Assembly: GCA_016618085.1 (NCBI GenBank)
Contig: JABLTG010000147.1
Coordinates: 1 to 49,572, forward strand
Length of the DNA stretch: 49,572 nt
DNA from: Neovahlkampfia damariscottae
Lineage: Eukaryota
Direction: 5' to 3'
This document shows positions 1 to 10,000 of the stretch, in pieces (the stretch's first letter is position 1; the number at the start of each line of letters is the position of its first letter). The notes beneath the pieces were generated by a model. That model did no database searches and was not told the origin of the DNA. It worked only from the letters and a program-made list of their open reading frames with translations. Made by a program: the position numbers and the translations under genes.

Positions 1-492
1 ATTGAAAGAAGCATTTCATAAAAGTGTTTCCAAAGATCTTTGTGAAAATAATGATGAAATTTTGATTTCAAAATTTCCAGTCAAAGGAATGATTAAAAAA
101 TGGGAAAGAAAAATTCATAGTACAACATTGAGAAAAATGCTTCATTGGTCTCATTTTCAATTTCGTCAAACACTAAAACATCTTGCTCAAAAAGATTCTG
201 TTCAAGTACATGAAGTTTCAGAACATTATACCAGTTGTACATGTGGATCATGTGGAAAAATAGATTGGAAACTTGGAAAAAAAGATTATTTCAATTGTAA
301 ATATTGTAATTTTTCTCTTCCAAGAGATTATAATGAAGCAAGAAATATATTTCTGATGAATATACAAAATTTTATTGGAAATCCAAAAACTGCCAGTACT
401 GCTGGCGACGGTCCTATCCCGAAAGAAACCTTGATTTTAATGTCTGGTCTGATTAATCAGAATGAATGGAAAAGTCAGTTTTAAGATAGCGG
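1..492 (+). mobile_element. Right end of a Fanzor2/IS607-like element; candidate terminus ...GATAGCGG at 492
   Basis: Fanzor ORF followed by a structured GC-richer segment ending in GG, the IS607-type core dinucleotide. The boundary is inferred. Confidence 0.6.
2..484 (+). CDS. Fanzor2 / IS607-type TnpB-like RNA-guided endonuclease, C-terminal part (5' end outside window)
   Basis: WSHFQFRQTL helix, EVSEHYTSCTCGSCG (rearranged RuvC-II Glu plus first CxxC), FNCKYC (second CxxC), RDYNEARNI (RuvC-III Asp). Intronless over the visible part. Confidence 0.9.
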   Translation: MKEAFHKSVSKDLCENNDEILISKFPVKGMIKKWERKIHSTTLRKMLHWSHFQFRQTLKHLAQKDSVQVHEVSEHYTSCTCGSCGKIDWKLGKKDYFNCKYCNFSLPRDYNEARNIFLMNIQNFIGNPKTASTAGDGPIPKETLILMSGLINQNEWKSQF

Positions 493-512
493 TGAAGTTG
501 ATGAGGAGATTT
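390..512 (+). ncRNA. Putative omegaRNA (scaffold ~390-492, guide ~493-512)
   Basis: GCCAG/CTGGC stem (392-406); TGATTTT/AAAGTCA arms enclosing the perfect palindrome TCTGATTAATCAGA (448-461); CTATC (414-418) complementary to GATAG (485-489), a possible pseudoknot. Confidence 0.6.
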
Positions 513-701
513 GATTGGTTCCGCATTTGGTGTTGCTGGTGACCATTTCTCAAAATTTTCTGTTCAAAGATTGATATGTTTCAGTTTCATTGTTTCTTGC
601 CATAAACCATTTTTGGATGATTTGGGTAATGTAGAAAGTAACGAATTTATTCATTAATCAGACGACGATCCCAAGACCTTTCTCTTGGTTATTCATGTTG
701 T

Positions 702-1169
702 TTGAGTATCTACAAATTAAAGAATCATTCTCAAGTTCAATATAATCACTATCCATTTCATCTATTGAATTGTTATTTTTTACAATTTAAGAACAAATTT
801 GAAAAAGAAGATAGAAAAAAATCTGTCAATTATCTTGCTGAGATAATGGGTTTAGATTTGGAGAAAGGTACTTCAAAGCAAAATCATCAAAATAATTTAG
901 AAATTTGGAAGAAAGAGGAAGTTGAACGTTTTGAAACCCACATGAAATATATGAAACCAAGGGTTGAAAAACCTTTAATGAAATTACAAAGAGCAGCTCA
1001 AGAAATCAGAAGTCGTAAAAGAAAAGAAAATGATTTTGAACTGCCATCAAAAAAAAATAAATTTGTAAATCATTTTTTGAGCTCGGTTATTCCAATTTTG
1101 AAAAATAGAGAATATAGTAGTCTGAATATAAATTCGGTATTTTTAACTTGCTTTGCCGTACAAACGTAA
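702..1169 (+). other. Possible hypothetical protein exon or gene remnant (K/E-rich, ~790-1065 looks coding)
   Basis: Open frame with protein-like composition, but no clear ATG start and no recognisable domain. Confidence 0.3.
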
Positions 1170-1261
1170 TTTTTCTGCTAAGACAATGTCATCTTGACTT
1201 TTAATGTACAGTTTTTATTGCAGTTAAAAATTGCAGTTTCATATTCATCCAGATTCGGAAA

Positions 1262-1450
1262 TTTCCAACACTTTGTAGTTCAATATTTCTACAAGAATTT
1301 ATTTTCTTTTATTTCTAGAAAAAATGAAAAAGCTTACAACACTCCCGGTTCCCAGGTGGTCTCCCACCCTAGTACTAGGAGAGCCTGTAGGAGCTTAACT
1401 TCGCAAATCGGACGGGATGCGGTGTATTCTCCTAAGTATGGCCGTAAGCG
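1262..1450 (-). repeat. 189-bp 5S + trailer cassette, copy 1
   Basis: Reverse complement of 41839-42027 with one mismatch (1280 vs 42009). Confidence 0.95.
1331..1449 (-). rRNA. 5S rRNA: 5S rRNA, copy 1
   Basis: GCTTACGGCCATAC...GAAGTTAAGC (box A)...AGTACTAGGGTGGGAGACC (box C)...GTTGTAAGCT, 119 nt with paired ends, followed by an oligo-T Pol III terminator. Confidence 0.97.
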
Positions 1451-1839
1451 TAGATAGTTCTTTCTAAAATAAACTTGTAGTAACCAAGTAACAAAACACT
1501 CAAAAGGTATTCATTTCAGCAATTGAAAAGTGTTCCCAACGCCACTCCAGTCTGTTTAATTTCATTTTTCCACAAATCTTAAGATTCAAAAAAACCAAGA
1601 AATCCAACGGGATTTTTTTTGGTTTGGACTGAAATTTACCATTTGAATTCTTTTTGATTATTTTTTTAAATTTTTTTTTCTTTAATTTTTCTTTTTTTAT
1701 TTTTGATTGTTTTTTAAATGATATAATTTAAGTGATAATATAGAGGTTTGTTTTGTAATTTCTGGAATTTTTTAATAGTCTTTGAATTCCAAAATTTACT
1801 CAGTAAGCCGTTTTTCAAACAACCAATCAGAAAGAAACT

Positions 1840-2211
1840 ATGTCAGAATTTGACCAATTTATGATAAAGTTTGAAGAAAAATCAAAAGACTTTTTCAAAG
1901 TGGCTGATCTAAACGGTGATGGAGAAATATCAAAAAAAGAATGGAAAAAATGCGAAAAAATAATTGCAGATTCAAGACACCAAGCTTTGACTTCTTTTGA
2001 AAAAGAAGAAAAAATGAAAGAATTTCAACAACTTGATATTGATGGAAATGGCAGTTTGACAGAACAAGAATTTGTAGATGGTTCAAAAAAATTAATGGAA
2101 CAAATGCGTGAGATTTGTGAAAAAAATCCACAATCCATAAAGTCTTTTGGTCATTATGTTATAAATCAAATGGAAGAGCAAATGAAAATTATAAAAAAAG
2201 AAAAAAAGTGA
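1840..2211 (+). CDS. Two-EF-hand calcium-binding protein
   Basis: DLNGDGEISKKE and DIDGNGSLTEQE loops; CCAAT at 1823. Confidence 0.9.
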   Translation: MSEFDQFMIKFEEKSKDFFKVADLNGDGEISKKEWKKCEKIIADSRHQALTSFEKEEKMKEFQQLDIDGNGSLTEQEFVDGSKKLMEQMREICEKNPQSIKSFGHYVINQMEEQMKIIKKEKK

Positions 2212-2223
2212 AAACATAAAAAA

Positions 2224-2999
2224 TTATTTATCAAAGTTTACTTTTTTCTTTTTTACAAGTGGTGTAACCAGTTGCATGATTAAATGATTTTCCACAATCA
2301 GTTGTAACTCTTGTTGTCTTAATTTCTTCAAGAATTTTTTCTGGTTCTGCTTGGTTAATGTTTTCAAGTAATTCATTGCTTCTTCTTTTGAAAGTTCACC
2401 AAATTTAATATAATTTGATCTTGTTCTTTCAACTAATCCTGCAAGTGCTTCTGTTTAAAAGTTCATTGATGTTTTGTTCTATTTTTTTCCTAGGAAGGTA
2501 TTCTTTTGGTATCTTTTGTGATTTGTATTCAAATGAAAATAATGGAATTGAATCTGTTGGTGACCAAGGAATTCTGTTGACAAATGCCATAATTGCGACT
2601 ATGAGAGCTATAATGGATAATAATGTTCTAATTGGATTTGACTTTGCTTCAATCTTTGCAGTTTCAAATATTTTGTAGGTTTCTTTATTTTCTAATGTTG
2701 ACAATATTTGGGTATCAATGAGTTGTTGAATATTGAGGGTGCAGCATTTGTGATATCATCTTTCCACTTTTACATCATTCTAAAGTCTCTGAATATGAAT
2801 TTACAATAGAAACAGGTGCTACCCAAATACTTGTATGAGTAATTTCTTGTTTAAACTCTGTGTGTTGATCCAGTGGAAGACATAAACTTGTCAATATTTT
2901 TGAGTTAGTCTTGTTGTGGAAGAGGAAATTCGTTATTGTTCCATTTGCTATTGTGACAAGCAAAAAGTACAACAAGAAAAACCAACATTGAGCATTCAT
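2224..2999 (-). pseudogene. Disrupted membrane-anchored protein gene
   Basis: Signal-like start MNAQCWFFLL after a CCAAT at 3003, a TM segment, then YLPRKKIEQ and GELSKEEAMNYL in different frames. I found no clean splice solution. Confidence 0.35.
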
Positions 3000-3119
3000 T
3001 GGCCAATCAAAATGAACGTTGGTTGATATTATTTTCTTTCTAAAAATAATTAAATTTTGAACTAAAATATCAGATTTCTGCATTGAACCAGAGTTTATTT
3101 TGATTGGACAAGAAACAAA

Positions 3120-4329
3120 ATGCAAAAAGAGGTGGTTGATGATTTTTTAACTAATCCAGTGAAGGATAATTTAATCATGGAAAGTCCTCGAGATATAGTA
3201 ACCGATATAAATAGAAACAGGAATTTGACGTTCCATAGTGTCTCTGTTAGACAACCAAAAAAAAAATTCAAACCAATTGACGCAACAGACATGACAAAAA
3301 TACTTCCACAAGGTAAAAAAACAATCAAAAAATTTACATGCTAAAAAGATTTTTATGGTTTGAGTCAACCAATTTTTAATACAAATGGAACTAAATTTGT
3401 TTGTGGCACTGAAAACCAAAAAGAAGAAAATAATAACTTGAATCGAATTGTTTTTGGATCATTGAATCATCAAAATGTAACAAAATTAAACTCAAAAATT
3501 TGGTCTTACCCAATTAATGAGCATATTAGATCTTGTGATTGGATTGACGAAAATAGAATACTTCTAGCTTTGAATAGTAAGTTAGGTCTATTAGAATTGG
3601 ATGAATCAGGATCAGCTTCCGAGATTTTATTGTTTCCAGAGCTACATTCTGACACCATTCGTCAGCTTTCTTATAGCCAAAAGAATAAAATGATGATATC
3701 AGGTGGATTTGATGGTAAAACAAATGATATAATTTTAATTATTAAAAGGAAATGTATATGTTACAAATGTTCTCCGTTTATTGGAAGATATGCAAAAAAA
3801 TGAAAAAAAAACTGAAAATTCGGTCTATGTTTGTAAAGATGTTGTTGGTTCTGTTTGTTGGCATCCAAAAGATGAATTTTTTGCGTCATGTACAACAGAT
3901 ACAGGAAGATTACATTTATTTGACATCAGAGTTAATGACGATAAACCAGCTTATGTATTTGATTCATTCAAAAGTGAATTGTACACACACACTTACATGA
4001 ATGATGAAACAATCATTTTAGGTTTTGGAGATGGATCAATTCAAATTCATGAAACAAGAATGGGTAGTAATTTACTATCATTTCAAGATCCATATCAAAA
4101 ATATATTGGTGATTTATCATATGAACATGATACATGTGCAGTTTTTGGTTCTGAAGTTTCATTTTGGAAATACACTGGAAATGATATTGAAATTCTTGCA
4201 CATCATACAAATTCAAAAGCAAAAGGTCATAAGACTTCTGGATGTTTCATTCCAAAAACTGAGTTGATTGCATCAACAGATTCAATTGGAATATTCTCAA
4301 TTTATGATTGCAATAAAGTTAACGTTTAA
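3120..4329 (+). CDS. WD40-repeat protein (2 introns)
   Basis: HSDTIRQL..SGGFDG and SVCWHP..LHLFDIR repeats; short GT-AG introns near 3313 and 3715 restore the frame. Confidence 0.85.
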
Positions 4330-4334
4330 AATAT

Positions 4335-6554
4335 TTATTCAAATTGTTTTTTTGATGATCTTGAAGCTTTCTTTCTTTCAGTTTCAGTCAATAATTTCTT
4401 TCTCAAACGAATAGATTGTGGAGTGACTTCAATTAATTCATCAGCTGGGAAAAGTTAATTTTGTTAAATAAATTACGTTGAATGTAAGTTATAGCATCTT
4501 CAATTGTCATTCTTTTAACAGGTGATAATCTAATATTTTCTTCTGAACCAGATGCTCTCATGTTTGTCAAATGTTTTTCTTTACAAGGATTTACTTCTAA
4601 ATCCTTTTCTTTTGCACAAGATCCAATAATCATACCTTCATAAATTTGTGTTTGTGGAGTGATAAATAAACTACCCCTTGCTTCTAAAGGTTGAAGAGCA
4701 TATGCTGTTGCTTTTCCTTCAGCCATTGAAATTAAAACACCTTTTCTAACTGTTCCAATATCACCTTTGAATGGTTGAAATGAATCTAATAATGATTGCA
4801 TCACACCTGATCCTCTTGTCATTGAAATAAATTCAGATCTGAAACCAATTAAACATCTTGTTGGGATTTTAAATTTCAATTGGATTTTTCCTCCAGGTAA
4901 TTTTTTGAAATCTAATAAATCTCCTTTTCTGGAACTTAATTTTTCATTCACTGTAGCATATTCAGTTTCTTCACATTCAATTGTTAAATCTTCAATTGGT
5001 TCTAAAGTTTCACCATTTTCACCTTTACGATATAAAACTTGTGGTGATGAAACAGCAAATTCAAAACCTTCTCTTCTCATTGTTTCAATTAAAATACCAA
5101 TTTGCATTTCTCCTCTGGCTAAAATTTCAAATTTCTCACCTCCATGAGGAACAATTTGCAATGTAATATTTGAATCACCTTCTTTCATTAATCTATTTCT
5201 CAATAAAATTGAAGAACAAAGTTTTCCTTCTTTTCCTGCGAATGGTGAATCATTTGATTGAAACATAACTGAGATAATAGGTGGATCAATAGGTTTTGTT
5301 TCAATTGGTGTTGAAATTGATGGAGCACATAATGTATCTGTAACACCAGCTTTAGTACATCCAGCAACTGATATAATATCACCTGCAAATGCTTCTTTAT
5401 CTTCAAGTTTATTCAATCCAACTCTTGTGAATAATTTTGAAACTTTTACGTTTTCAACTTGTTTTCCTTCTCTTGTCATTGCTTTGATTTTGTCACCTAA
5501 TTTTACAGATCCTGAAGTAATTCTTCCTGTTAAAATTCTATGAAATTTAATGTGATTGAAAATATAACCTTCCATGATGTCTATCAGTTTCTAAACTTGT
5601 AATTAACATTGAAAAATCTTGATTTTCAACAATTTTTGGTTGTGGAATATGTTCAAGAATACTTTCAAATAAAGGAATCATATTTTTTCTTTCTTCATTT
5701 TCCAAGTCATTTACTGCCCATCCATTTTTTGCAGATGCATATAAAATTGGAAACTTGAAATAATTTAACTTTTTTTTTTCATTTTTACATCTAATTGTTC
5801 ATCTGTAGCATTTAATGAAACAAATAAGTCAAAAATTTCATTTTCAACTTCTGTAACTCTAGCTGATTCTCTATCAACTTTATTGATGACTACAATAGGT
5901 TTTAAACCTGTTGATAATGCTTTTGAAACAACAAATTTTGTTTGTGCCATCACACCTTCAGTAGCATCAACCAATAAACACCTACAAAAAAAATAAAAAA
6001 AAATAATGTTGATTTTACACTCCATCTACCATAGAAAGAATACGTTCAACTTCTCCTCCAAAATCCGCATGTCCAGGTGTATCTTTTGAAATGTTTTAAT
6101 TTTTTTTTTAATAAAAAACGAACCGATAATATTCAAGTGATTATCACCATACTTTACTACTGTCCATTTACTTAAAATTGTGATTCCTCTTTCTTTTTCA
6201 AGTGGATTACTATCCATAGCTCTGTCTATAGATGAAATATGAATACTTATTTTTTATTTTACCTTCATGATCTGACTTGATTGAGGCAGTTTCTTTGAGA
6301 AGACAATCAACCAATGTCTTTTTTTTTTTTTTAATTTTTTAATTTTTTACTGTTTTTCCGACATCTACCTGTAAAAGAAGATTTAATGAATCATAAAAAA
6401 ACCATACATGGGCGATAATTCCAAAATTTCTAATTTTTTCAATATTCTTTGAGTAAAACTTTTTGAAGGCTTGAATTTGTGTCTTTTGATACAAGTTTGT
6501 CATGTTTGACAATTTATAACTCTTTTGGAATGTAGGAATAAAAATTTTCTTCAT
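4335..6554 (-). CDS. typA: TypA/BipA translational GTPase, probably mitochondrial (multi-exon)
   Basis: [69 protein letters not shown]; basic N-terminal extension. Confidence 0.93.
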
Positions 6555-7009
6555 TTTTTTGTCAACTCACCAATCAGACAAGCCCAAAGTTCACAAAAAT
6601 TTTGGATGAAAACTACAGCTGGAGAACATCTCAAAGAAAATTTATTGTCTATTTTAACAACTTCAGAAAATTGGTTTCATCAAGTTTAGCAGGAATGATC
6701 TAGTTTGACACAAAATGGATGTGATTTTTTGATATCTATTTACTCAAAATCTGTTTAAGGTTCATATATTTCTTTATGATTCCAAAAAGTTGGAAAAAAC
6801 AATTGTTGAATCAATTTCTCTCCTTTTGGCAATGCAATATGATTGGACTATTGATAAAATTGGAAGACCTTCCAATTGAATCAAAATGAAAAATTACTCC
6901 ATTTTCAACTGTATTTTCAATAGGAATAATTAAAAATTGATAGTTTAACGTCTTTGTCAAAACAAATAAATGAGCAAAATTGACCAATCACTGCTCACAT
7001 GTCTTTCAA

Positions 7010-10000
7010 ATGAAAAAAACGGTCATTGTTATCACGCTCTTGTTCTTTTTCTGGTATGTAAATACACAAGTTACAGGTTTTGGAGACCAAAACTCTGTGC
7101 CATTAAGAACTACAAGAACATCAAAACCAACAAGAATAACACAAAATGACCTGAATGAATCCTTAAAAGCAAAATTCGAAAAAATGCGGATAAAAAAAAT
7201 AGATTGTGGAAGCACGTGTCTCTTGTAAAATATTCATTGTCTAATATTTTTCGAAATAGATTAACAGGTTTTTTTTTTCTTGTTTAAAACTTTTTAAGAT
7301 GATGGAAAATTGTTTTCCTGGGGTTCTGATGGTAAAAAAAAGAAAAAGAATTAAAAATATTCAGGAAACAAAAAATTAGGTTTGTTATCGGACTCAAATG
7401 AAGAAAAAGAAGTCTATGAAGTGGATTCTTCGTTGTACACAATTCTCACTGATAAAATTATTGATGTATCATCAAATGACGCAATGTATCTATTAACACG
7501 TGACCATAAAGTTTATTGTTACGGTAAAGATAGTTTTTATTTAACATATAACTTTACAGGTGCCAACAGTAATTTCAATTGTGCAATTGGAGATTCAAAA
7601 TCTCCTATTGCCATAAATGAAACACAACCAATGGATCTCACAATTCTTGGTGCCGAAAAACCATATAAAATTATTTCAGGTATGTTTATTTTTGTTTAAA
7701 TCAACTCCTCAGGACTTTGGAACTCTTATTACGTAATTGACACTATTGGTAGATTGTTTGCTGGTGGATACAATTCAAACGGTAAATTAGGACTTGGAAA
7801 TACAGTTACACTTATCACTACACCAACTCAGGTTACTTTTGAATCACCAGAAATACCAAGGATAGTTCATGCTTTGGGTGGATATAAACATTCCATTATT
7901 TTGTCAGAAACAGGACAGGTTTACTCAAGTGGATGGAATAATTATGGTACTTTTTAGTAGTTTAATCTAATTTTCAAAGGTCAACTGGGTATTGGTAGTT
8001 CAACATCCAAAACAAAATTTGTGTTAATTGATCAATCACGTTTTTCCAACAGAAGAGTCATAGAAATTCAGATTGGTAGAAATAGTGGATATGCTTTAGA
8101 TGAATCTGGGGAAGTTTATTCATTCGTAATTTTTTTAAAGAAAAATTCTAAACATTCAAGGGTGTTGATACAAATGGTCAACTTGGTAGAGGAGGAACAG
8201 CAAATATCCCAGTCGCAATAACTTCAAATAGTTGGAGTCCAGCAAAAGTTAGAAGTCTAGGTTCAGGAGGACCTGTTTATCACATGAATATTTTAGCAAC
8301 TGATAATACAGTTCATGGGTGGGGTAGAAATGATAATTCTCATTTAGGTGATGGCACAACAAGTCAAAGAAATGTTCCAGTTCAGTCAACAGATTCAGGT
8401 CTTTTTGATTCATTTACAATACAACACGTTGTTGGAACATCACAAGGAGCTATTGCATATTCAGTTTGTGAAAATGGCGGATATGGATTTGATTGTTCAT
8501 TTCCGAACAATGAAAGTTTCACTTTAGAACAGAAAGTCAATTGTAAATCAATAAGTAACGAAAAAATGTTATTAACCATGTTTTGAAGATTGTGCTGCAA
8601 AAGGTTCAATATTTTATGATAAACTTTCAAGTGAATCTGAATTATCAATAGAAGTAGTTCCTTCTGATTTTGACATCACATCAAAATCATTGTCAATCAG
8701 TACAACAGCTTATAACAGTAATTTTGCACCAAGTACTCCAAGAAATTGTGACGATTACATCAGTGTTGTTGAAAATTATAAACTTAGCAGTGGTCATACA
8801 ACTGGTCAATTTGATTACCGTTTTCAACCTTCGTCAGGTATTACCAATCCATGTTTGTCAACTGGATATTTACTGGATTCAAAGATTAAGTTAAAATTAA
8901 CTCCTTGGTATGATGTACCTGCAATTTGGTTTACAGGAGAAGATTTTAAAGAATTAATTTCAGGATATTTTGGATTCCCAAATGACGTGAAGATAGTTCC
9001 TTTTCAAACAAACGCTTTTAAATTTACAAGCCCATTTTCAGCCATAGAATACAATCCAAAAAGTTCAATTCCACAAAATGGTGGGTTTTCAGTTAGTTTT
9101 TATTACACTGGCACTTCAGGAACAGTTATATCTTATAAGAACGATACTTCTACGGTTTTTGCAATCTCATTTGAAGGATCTTTGATATGCTGGATCAATG
9201 GAGTGAAATATGATTCTACAATTGCACCTGTTTCAACACTCTACTTAGTTGTGTATAAAACAAATGGAGAAGTAATTTTTTACACTGACTCCATGAGTAC
9301 AACGGTTATGACAGTTCCGAATTTTGTATTACCAGTGAATGGTTCATTAGTATTAGGACAATATTATTCTGAAGGAGAGCTTGGATCTTCTTATGTTCCT
9401 GGAAAGAATCTTATTGGAACTTTAAGACAATTTAAATTGCACTCAAAACCTTTGGATAACTTTATTCAAACAGGTGAAAAGGCTTACAAAGAAATGTACA
9501 GTGTTTTTGAATTCAATAACAATTTGTATGATGATCAAGGTTTGAATCATGCTATTGGATTTGATTACATTCAAATGACAAATCAAATCACTTTGAATCC
9601 TGGAGGTCATATAATTATCAATCCTGTCTCACCTTCAATGTTTCCATCTACAGCTTTCAGTTTTATTTGGAGGTATAGGACTAACTCACAGAATGGTACT
9701 ATATTTTCTTATGCTTCAGAAAAAGGTACTGAATTTGAATTAAGAACTCAAAATAATAATTTGTTTTTCATTTTTGGAACTGAAATAATTGATTTGAATT
9801 TTGTCACCATTGATGGAACACAAAGAAAACTCCAAATCAATTGGGACTCCACAGATGGAAGTTTTTCTTTTTGGTATTTGCATGAATTAAAGAAAACTGC
9901 TCTCGTAAACAAAGGGTATAAAATTCCAAAAGGAGGTTCATTTGTTTGGGGAAAATCTCAAGTAATTCATCATTTTTTTTAATCATTCGAAGACAATTTC

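Noticed and set aside
649..663. 11-nt inverted match to the omegaRNA palindrome region (GTCTGATTAAT)
   Set aside because: Short, AT-rich and outside the inferred element; likely chance.
1194..1457. 87-aa ORF, with a near-twin at 41802-42086
   Set aside because: Antisense translation of the 5S cassette; not a protein gene.
1592..1720. Imperfect hairpin followed by a T-rich tract
   Set aside because: Mostly A/T pairing, expected by chance at this composition.
6590..6880. Coding-like fragment with an intron-like segment between typA and the giant gene
   Set aside because: In-frame stops and no recognisable motif; at most a remnant.
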